Below, piece after piece: positions 1 through 5,798 of a DNA stretch of 10,905 nt. Numbering within the stretch: position 1 is the first letter of the stretch; each line of letters starts with the position of its first letter. The position numbers and the translations under genes are program-made. Below the pieces are notes generated by a model. That model did not search any database, was not told where the DNA came from, and saw nothing but the letters and a program-made list of their open reading frames with translations. Source of the DNA: Pseudomonadota bacterium (GTDB taxonomy: Bacteria > Bdellovibrionota_G > JALEGL01 > DATDPG01); NCBI GenBank assembly GCA_043804515.1, contig JAZDIZ010000029.1, positions 1 through 10,905 on the forward strand, read 5' to 3'.

Positions 1-1
1 C

Positions 2-94
2 AGTCGGCTCTCCAGAGCCGACTCGTGTCCTCCTGACCCTCCCCCATCTGCTTCGGCCCTTCGGGGCCGAAGTCTCGCCAACTGCTGTTGGCGA
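2..94. repeat. Train of three perfect GC-rich hairpins
   Basis: AGTCGGCTC-tcca-GAGCCGACT (2-23); CTTCGGCCC-ttcg-GGGCCGAAG (51-72, C-UUCG-G tetraloop on + strand); TCGCCAAC-tgct-GTTGGCGA (75-94). Confidence 0.8.
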
Positions 95-100
95 ACGCGG

Positions 101-189
101 TTCTTGGGTTTGAGACCCCGCTGCTTGCAGCGGTTTGACTCGTTTTTCTCGCTCGCAAATACCCCGCAGCTTGCTGCGGGGTTGTTCAT
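101..189 (+). mobile_element. Putative non-autonomous IS200/IS605-family miniature element (PATE-like), or the right end of a larger such element
   Basis: Two related hairpins, CCGCTGC-TT-GCAGCGG (118-133) and ACCCCGCAGC-TT-GCTGCGGGGT (161-182). The second is followed by TGTTCAT, matching the 'GC hairpin + GTNGTTCA(T/C)' layout of IS605/tnpB-type right ends. No transposase in the window; the left boundary is uncertain. Confidence 0.65.
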
Positions 190-1286
190 GAAAGGATGCG
201 CCGCGCCTCGGTTATTATCTTTTCAACGTCGTCATCGCTCAAGTGCGGGTGCACCGGAAGCGAGACGACCTGCGCCGCAAGCTTTTCGCACACCGGGAAA
301 TCCCCGGGCCGGTATCCCATCCGGGCGAAGTGGGGGTGGAGATGCAGCGGCTTGGGGTAATACACCCCGACGCCCACTCCGGCCGCCTTCATCATTTCCA
401 CGAATCTGTCCCGCCCGACTTTCGCTTTTTCGCTGATCCTAACCGTATACTGGTGGAACGCGTGCCTCGCGTTTGCGGGGACTGAGGGCAAGGCCACTCC
501 CGGCAGCCCTTCGAGCCCTTCCCCGAGCCTCCGGGCATTCTCATTCCTTTTCCCGGTGAGCGGTTCGAGCCTCCCGAGCTGTCCGAGCGCGATCGCCGCC
601 AATATGTCGCTCATCCGGTAGTTGTGCCCGATGTCGGCGTATTCGTACCTTGTTTTTTCGGATTGGCCATGATGGCGGAATCTCCTCGCCTTCTCGCAAG
701 TCTCCTCGGAGTCCGTGGTGATCATGCCGCCTTCCCCGCAGGTCACGTTCTTGGTCGCATAGAGCGAGAACGCGCCCGCGTCGCCGAGGGAGCCGCAGCT
801 CTTCCCGTCCCGCGCGGCCCCGATCGCCTGGCACGCGTCCTCAAGGACGAGGAGCTTTCTCTTGCTGGCGACGGAATTTATCCTTGCATCGAAAGGCAGG
901 CCATACAGATCGACGGGCAGGACGGCCGCCGTCCGCTCGTTGATCTTCCCCTCAACCCCTGCCGCGTCGAGGTTGCACGTGTCCCCGTCGACGTCCGAGA
1001 AAACGACTTTCGCGCCCTGCATCAGGATCGGGTTCGCGGTGGCCACGAACGTGAACGGGGTCGTTATGACTTCGTCTCCGGGCTTTATCCCAAGCGCGTA
1101 GAGCGCGGCGTGCAGGGCGGTCGTGCCGTTCGTGGTCGCGACCGCGTATTTGGTGCCGCATATCCTGCAAAACAGCTCTTCGAGCTCGGCCACTTTCTTG
1201 CCCTGCGCGAGCATCCCGGATTCGAGGACGCGCATCACTTCCCGCTTCTCCTCCTCGCCGATGAACGGCTTCGAGATCTGGATCAT
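186..1286 (-). CDS. DegT/DnrJ/EryC1/StrS-family PLP-dependent sugar aminotransferase (WbpE/WlbC-like)
   Basis: Motifs NGTTALH, GDEVITTPFTF, EDACQA, SLYATKNVTCGEGG (PLP lysine), GHNYRM, SLPVHP. Start trimmed to ATG at 1286 (MIQISKPF), which forms an ATGA overlap with the upstream stop at 1283-1285; 366 aa. Confidence 0.95.
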   Translation of the reverse strand: MIQISKPFIGEEEKREVMRVLESGMLAQGKKVAELEELFCRICGTKYAVATTNGTTALHAALYALGIKPGDEVITTPFTFVATANPILMQGAKVVFSDVDGDTCNLDAAGVEGKINERTAAVLPVDLYGLPFDARINSVASKRKLLVLEDACQAIGAARDGKSCGSLGDAGAFSLYATKNVTCGEGGMITTDSEETCEKARRFRHHGQSEKTRYEYADIGHNYRMSDILAAIALGQLGRLEPLTGKRNENARRLGEGLEGLPGVALPSVPANARHAFHQYTVRISEKAKVGRDRFVEMMKAAGVGVGVYYPKPLHLHPHFARMGYRPGDFPVCEKLAAQVVSLPVHPHLSDDDVEKIITEARRILS

Positions 1287-2215
1287 AGCACCACTTCCTG
1301 TTTTGTGCGGGCCGACTCCCTCGCCGCTTCCACCGCCTCCAGGGCGGATATCGCGAACCCGGTCCCGAACGGCGGGCTCTTGCGCGCTTTGGCGCATTCC
1401 ACGAACGAGCGCAATTCAAGGAGCAGCGGTTCTGTCCTGGGCACCGGAATGTGCTGCACCCTGAATGACGGGCTCGGAGCGTGCTTGTAATCGAAATACG
1501 CGGCCACGTCGCCCTTGAGCAGGTCCGCGACGTACAGCCTCTCCTCCATCACGGCCTCGATCCGTCTTGCCTTGAAGGGCGTATGCCAGTTGGTGGTGAT
1601 CATCGCGGACGAATCCCCGTCCATTCTCAGGAGCATCTGGGCGCTGTCCTCGCTCGCGTCTTTTCCGAACGAGGCGCACGAAACCGATTTCACCTCATGG
1701 CCCGTGAGATAGGAGGCCAGGTCAATGTCATGGATGCCGACATCCAGCACCACGCCCGCGTCCTTTATCTGCGGCGGGCGCGGGCCGACCCGCGTGAAGT
1801 GCAGCATGACTCCCTTTTTTCCCTCCAGCTCCTTCTTGAGCACGTTGACGGTCGGGTTGAACCGCTCGATGTGGCCGACAAAGAGCATCTTTCCGTTCCT
1901 CTTCGCGCATCCGTCCATCTTGCGCGCCTGTTCGATGTTTGATGCAATCGGCTTCTCAACGAACACGTCCGAACCGGCCTCCATCGCCTGCATCGCAAGC
2001 TCGTGGTGCAGGCTCGTCGGGGCGCAGATGTCCACCGCGTCCGGTTTTTCCCCGTCCAGCGCTTCCTGGAGGCTGCCGTAATGGCGGATGCGCCCATCCA
2101 GCTTGCCGGCGCTTGCCGGATCCGGGTCGCATACCGAAACATCCACGTCCAGCTGGCGCAGTATGCGGTAGTGGTTCATTCCCATGTTGCCGGCGCCGGC
2201 CAGGCATATCCTCAT
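1283..2215 (-). CDS. Gfo/Idh/MocA-family NAD-dependent oxidoreductase (WbpB/WlbA-like UDP-GlcNAcA 3-dehydrogenase)
   Basis: Rossmann GAGNMG, EKPIA, VGHIERFNP and DVGIHDID motifs; GGAGG upstream of the ATG; ATGA overlaps with both neighbours. Confidence 0.93.
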   Translation of the reverse strand: MRICLAGAGNMGMNHYRILRQLDVDVSVCDPDPASAGKLDGRIRHYGSLQEALDGEKPDAVDICAPTSLHHELAMQAMEAGSDVFVEKPIASNIEQARKMDGCAKRNGKMLFVGHIERFNPTVNVLKKELEGKKGVMLHFTRVGPRPPQIKDAGVVLDVGIHDIDLASYLTGHEVKSVSCASFGKDASEDSAQMLLRMDGDSSAMITTNWHTPFKARRIEAVMEERLYVADLLKGDVAAYFDYKHAPSPSFRVQHIPVPRTEPLLLELRSFVECAKARKSPPFGTGFAISALEAVEAARESARTKQEVVL

Positions 2216-2775
2216 TTTTCAGCCTCCGTTTCCTTTTTCTCGCAGTCCTCGCACGCAAGGCCGTTCCGACCGGGTTCGATTTTATGGCCGCATTGGCACA
2301 CCCGTCCGGCCACTTTGGCCGGATTCCCGTATGCCAGTGTATGGGCGGGGATGTCCTTGGTTACCACCGCCCCCGCGCCAATCATCGCGCACCGGCCGAT
2401 CTTCACGCCGCACACGATCGTCGAATTCGCGCCGATGGACGCGCCGTCTTCGACCACGGTCTGCCTTACTTCCCAGCCGGGGTTCGACGCCCTCGGGTAA
2501 AAATCGTTCGTGAACGTCGCGTGCGGCCCGACGAACACGTCGTTTCCGATCTTCACCCCATGATACACGCACACGTAATTCTGCAGTTTGCACCGGTCTC
2601 CCACGACCACGTCGAAGTCCAGGTACGCTCCCTTGCCGATGATGCAGTCCCGGCCGATTCTCACGTTTTCCCGCACTTGCGCCTGGTGCCATATCTTCGT
2701 GCCATCTCCTATTTCGGCCTTCTGTGACACCTCCGCAGTAGGGTGCGCAAAATATCCCGGCTCTTCCTTCTCCAT
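2212..2775 (-). CDS. Hexapeptide-repeat (left-handed beta-helix) N-acetyltransferase, WbpD/WlbB-like
   Basis: IWHQAQVRENVRIG, FVGPHATFTND, GASIGANSTIVCG, GAGAVVTKD, YGNPAK and a C-terminal Cys cluster (CQC...CEDC). Start is either 2775 or 2781; 2775 fits leaderless spacing from the TATA-like box at 2799-2805. Confidence 0.93.
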   Translation of the reverse strand: MEKEEPGYFAHPTAEVSQKAEIGDGTKIWHQAQVRENVRIGRDCIIGKGAYLDFDVVVGDRCKLQNYVCVYHGVKIGNDVFVGPHATFTNDFYPRASNPGWEVRQTVVEDGASIGANSTIVCGVKIGRCAMIGAGAVVTKDIPAHTLAYGNPAKVAGRVCQCGHKIEPGRNGLACEDCEKKETEAEK

Positions 2776-2791
2776 GGACATCTATTTGCGC

Positions 2792-2805
2792 AAAAAACTA
2801 TTAAA
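2792..2805. promoter_or_regulatory. Archaeal-type TATA-like box, possibly used in both directions
   Basis: Reads AAAAAAC-TATTAAA on the + strand (A-rich BRE-like run before the box) and TTTAATA on the - strand, about 30 nt upstream of the ATG at 2775. It is an isolated AT island in GC-rich DNA. Confidence 0.55.
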
Positions 2806-2929
2806 CCCGCGCGAGAACCGGATTTCGGGGCGAGCATCGCGGATCCCGTTCTCTTTTGAGCTTTTCGGGTTCTCCCGTGTAAGGCCGTTGCGTTATTCCT
2901 CGAAGAAAGACAAAACATCAAAAACTTGA

Positions 2930-3031
2930 TTCGGGTCGGGTCAAACCAACCCGATTCGAGGGGCGGCCTTTGCCGGTAGCGACCGGCAAGAGCCTCAACG
3001 CTGTGGCGTTGCGGCCCGGGCCGCCCCATCG
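2930..3031 (+). ncRNA. Candidate structured RNA: long hairpin followed by a three-way junction
   Basis: Stem 2931-2941/2949-2959 (11 bp including 2 G-U). Closing stem GGGGCGGCC 2960-2968 / GGCCGCCCC 3019-3027. Inner hairpins TTGCCGGT-agcg-ACCGGCAA (2970-2989) and GCC-t-CAACGC-tgtg-GCGTTG-c-GGC (2992-3015). T-rich tract at 3032-3038. Family not recognised. Confidence 0.45.
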
Positions 3032-3094
3032 TCTTTTTCGTCTTATCTGTCAACGCCCTACCCGTGTCTGTCCGGCCCCGCCGCGCTCCGAATT

Positions 3095-3108
3095 CAATAA
3101 GTTTAAGA
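3095..3108 (+). promoter_or_regulatory. Putative archaeal BRE/TATA promoter for the carbamoyltransferase operon
   Basis: CAATAAG-TTTAAGA, with TTTAAG at 3102-3107, about 40 nt upstream of ATG 3143; no Shine-Dalgarno before the ATG. Confidence 0.5.
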
Positions 3109-3142
3109 TTCTCATCCGCCCAATTGATACGGGTTCAAGTAC

Positions 3143-4903
3143 ATGGCGCGAATTCATTCTCTCGGGATTTTAAGGGGCCACAATTCGGGCGCGTGCCTGG
3201 CAAGGGACGGGGAGGTCATCGCGCTGGTCAGCGAGGAGCGCTTCAACCGCATCAAGAATACCAATGCGTTCCCGTTCAAATCCGTGGAATTCTGCCTCCA
3301 GTCCGCGGGCTTGGGCGTAAACGACTTGGATTTCATCGTCTATTCGAGCAACGGCATCGGCAAATCAGACATCGCGGATCTGGGCCATAACGACGTCTAC
3401 GCCTGCACGCAGGTGAACAAGTACTCCCCGGTCGCGAAGCTGCTGCAGAATCCATCGCTCTACGGGTTGTCGCTCAAGCTCAATTATTCCCTGCTTTCGC
3501 GCGATTTGGGCCTGGACGGCGTCCGGGAGTGCGTTTCCAAGGCGCTCGGCGCCCCCCCAGACCGGATACTCTCGAATGACCACCACACCAACCACGCCTA
3601 TGCCGCTTTCTACGGCTTCTGCCCCAGTACGCAGGAAAAGACGCTGGTGCTCACCCTGGACGCGGAAGGCGACCTCTCCTGCTCGAAAGTGTTTGTCTCC
3701 AAGGACGGGCGTCTTGAATGCATCGCCTCCACGCCGGGGGGGCGGTCGATCGCCACCTTCTACGGCATCATCACCCAGCTCCTGGGCATGAAAATGAACG
3801 AGCACGAATACAAAATCATGGGCATGGCGCCGTATGTTTCCGAATACGAGAAAAACAAGGTATTGCCGGTCTTTGCCGGCCTCTTCAGCCTCAATGACGA
3901 CCTCACGTTCAACGCGAAGATCGAGGGCTACGTGCCCCTCTATCACCATCTTCGCGAGCAATTGCAGCTCAAGCGTTTTGACGGCATATGCGCGGCCGTC
4001 CAGGAAGCGTGCGAGGACTGGTCCTTGTCGTTCGTTTCCAAGGCCGTCCGGAAAGCCGGAACCGGCCGGGTGTGCCTGAGCGGCGGCTTTTTCATGAATG
4101 TCAAGGCGAACATGAAGATATCCGGGCTTGACGGGGTCCAGGCGCTCTATCCCTGCCCGAGTTGCGGGGACGAAAGCCTCCCGATCGGCGCGGCGTTCCA
4201 CGGATACTTCGAGGCGTGCCGGCGCAGAGGCGCGCGCCCGGAGCCCAAGCCGCTCAAGAACCTTTATCTGGGCCCCGAATTCGGCCGGGACGAGATTCGG
4301 GCGGCCATGGGCGAGGCCGGCGCGGATTCCCTCTGCCGGGTCAGCGAGCCTGCCGACATGCCGGCCGAGATCGCCTCCCTTCTGGCCGCCGGAGAGGTCG
4401 TCGCGCGTTTCGACGGCCGGATGGAATTCGGGGCAAGGGCGTTGGGCAACCGCTCCATCCTCGCCCACCCCTCAAAAACCGCGCTGATCCGGCTGATCAA
4501 CGACCAGATCAAGTGCAGGGATTTCTGGATGCCTTTCGCGTGCACCGTGCTCAAGGAGCGGGCAAAAGACTATCTTGTCAATCCAAAAGGCATCGACGGC
4601 TCGTTCATGATCATCACGTTCGAGACGACCGAACTCGCCCGGCGCGAGCTGGCGGCCGGCCTCCACCCCTACGATTTCACCTGCCGGCCCCAGATCCTTT
4701 CGCGCGAGCAGAATCCGGCGTACCACGAACTGATCCGCCGTTTCGAGCAGGCAACGGGCGTGGGGGCCGTGCTCAACACCTCGTTCAACATCCACGGGGA
4801 GCCCATCGTCTGCTCGCCGGCCGACGCGCTGTCCGTATTCAAGAGAAGCGGCCTGGAGAATCTGGCCATCGGGCCTTTCCTGCTCAGGAAGCGATCGCCA
4901 TGA
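3143..4903 (+). CDS. NodU/CmcH-family O-carbamoyltransferase
   Basis: Family motifs GHNSGACL, SEERFNRIKN, DHHTNHAYAAF, TLDAEGD, EYKIMGMAPY, LSGGFFMNVKAN, GDESLPIGAA, GRMEFGARALGNRSILA, FWMPFA, LNTSFNIHGEPIV; 586 aa. Confidence 0.96.
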   Translation: MARIHSLGILRGHNSGACLARDGEVIALVSEERFNRIKNTNAFPFKSVEFCLQSAGLGVNDLDFIVYSSNGIGKSDIADLGHNDVYACTQVNKYSPVAKLLQNPSLYGLSLKLNYSLLSRDLGLDGVRECVSKALGAPPDRILSNDHHTNHAYAAFYGFCPSTQEKTLVLTLDAEGDLSCSKVFVSKDGRLECIASTPGGRSIATFYGIITQLLGMKMNEHEYKIMGMAPYVSEYEKNKVLPVFAGLFSLNDDLTFNAKIEGYVPLYHHLREQLQLKRFDGICAAVQEACEDWSLSFVSKAVRKAGTGRVCLSGGFFMNVKANMKISGLDGVQALYPCPSCGDESLPIGAAFHGYFEACRRRGARPEPKPLKNLYLGPEFGRDEIRAAMGEAGADSLCRVSEPADMPAEIASLLAAGEVVARFDGRMEFGARALGNRSILAHPSKTALIRLINDQIKCRDFWMPFACTVLKERAKDYLVNPKGIDGSFMIITFETTELARRELAAGLHPYDFTCRPQILSREQNPAYHELIRRFEQATGVGAVLNTSFNIHGEPIVCSPADALSVFKRSGLENLAIGPFLLRKRSP

Positions 4904-5625
4904 AAAGCGAGGAATTCTATTCGGACCTGTATCGCCGGGATCGCAACTACGGTCTTGGCGGCGCGTACGATTCCCGGGTGATTTCGTGCATCCGGCGCGC
5001 GCATCCCGTCTTTTCCGAACGGATCCGGATTCTCGACGTCGGCTGCGGCCGGGGCGCCCTGCTGGCGCGCCTGCGCGAAAAACTCGGGCGGATCGGCTAT
5101 AAAGACGTGCAGGTATCCGGGATCGACATCTCCGAGGACGCCTTGCGCGAGGCGCAGGCCGCCGGGGTGCAAGTGCGGAAGGTGGACGTCGAGCAGGACC
5201 CGCTCCCATTCGAGGACGGCTCATTCGAAGTCGTCCTCTGCTACCACGTCATCGAGCATGTCATCCGCACCGACGAGCTTTTCCAGGAATGCAGGCGGGT
5301 GCTCAAGCCGCGCGGGATTCTCATCGTGGAAACGCCCAACATCGCATGGCTTTTCAACCGGTTCATGCTCCTTTTCGGCATGCCTCCCCTTTGCGTCGAA
5401 TCTTCCGCCCACAAGAACACGTATGGCATATGGTTCGGCCCGCTCAAGGAGCATCTCGGAAAATTCGACGTGGCCGGCCACGTGCGCGCATTCACGCTCC
5501 CGAGCCTCACCGATTGCGCGGTTTCCAACGGCCTGCGCGTGGTTTCCCGATACGGGGAAGACCGCCTATTGCGGATTTTTCCTTCCATCTCGAGGAACAT
5601 CGGACTCGTGTTGACAAAAGACTGA
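4900..5625 (+). CDS. Class I SAM-dependent methyltransferase
   Basis: ILDVGCGRG (motif I), GIDIS, LPFEDGSFEVV, HVIEHV, RVLKPRGILIVETPN, GHVRAFT. True start is ATG 4900 (MKSEEF), an ATGA overlap with the carbamoyltransferase stop; 241 aa. Confidence 0.93.
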   Translation: MKSEEFYSDLYRRDRNYGLGGAYDSRVISCIRRAHPVFSERIRILDVGCGRGALLARLREKLGRIGYKDVQVSGIDISEDALREAQAAGVQVRKVDVEQDPLPFEDGSFEVVLCYHVIEHVIRTDELFQECRRVLKPRGILIVETPNIAWLFNRFMLLFGMPPLCVESSAHKNTYGIWFGPLKEHLGKFDVAGHVRAFTLPSLTDCAVSNGLRVVSRYGEDRLLRIFPSISRNIGLVLTKD

Positions 5626-5667
5626 TCCTGCACAACGAACGGTAGTTGTCCGGCTCGAAAATCACGA

Positions 5668-5720
5668 CGAAGAAGATAAAGAGGACCCGGGGGCCCGGGC
5701 CCCCGATCCCATTTCTTTCG
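5668..5720. terminator. Palindromic hairpin between convergent genes, possible bidirectional terminator
   Basis: Perfect 18-bp palindrome CGGGGGCCCGGGCCCCCG (5688-5705), with a purine-rich left flank (CGAAGAAGATAAAGAGGA) and a pyrimidine-rich right flank (TCCCATTTCTTTCG) that are partly complementary. Confidence 0.45.
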
Positions 5721-5798
5721 CGATGCATCTTCGCCGCTTTTCATCCCGTCGCCGTGAGCGAAGCCGCCGAACAAGAAGAAAAAAGGACCGCCCGCGGA

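Noticed and set aside
1..189. CRISPR array interpretation of the hairpin series
   Set aside because: The hairpins differ in sequence and spacing is irregular; only two related copies and no cas genes in the window.
1287..1397. N-terminal extension of the aminotransferase ORF (403 aa version)
   Set aside because: Overlaps the dehydrogenase gene; family similarity starts at MIQISKP, and the ATGA coupling supports 1286.
2972..2980. GCCGGTAGC resembling the RfaH ops element GGCGGTAG
   Set aside because: One mismatch, lies within a hairpin, no JUMPstart context, and the host signals look archaeal.
2960..3028. tRNA-like appearance (GGGGCGG...CCGCCCCA)
   Set aside because: Only two internal arms, with no TTCRA T-loop, D-loop or 7-nt anticodon loop.
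2709..3053. 114-aa minus-strand ORF across the intergenic region (also 2970-3173 on +)
   Set aside because: TTG start, no motifs, overlaps a real gene and runs through dense secondary structure; more likely non-coding, though not formally excluded.
4162..4899. N-terminal 246 aa of the 487-aa ORF
   Set aside because: Arg/Pro/Gly-rich alternative frame inside the carbamoyltransferase; the methyltransferase starts at ATG 4900.
3048..5616. Inverted heptamer TGTCAAC (3048-3054) / GTTGACA (5610-5616) around the cassette
   Set aside because: Only 7 bp, the right copy is inside the methyltransferase CDS, there is no target duplication, and it does not fit attC or IS terminal repeats.
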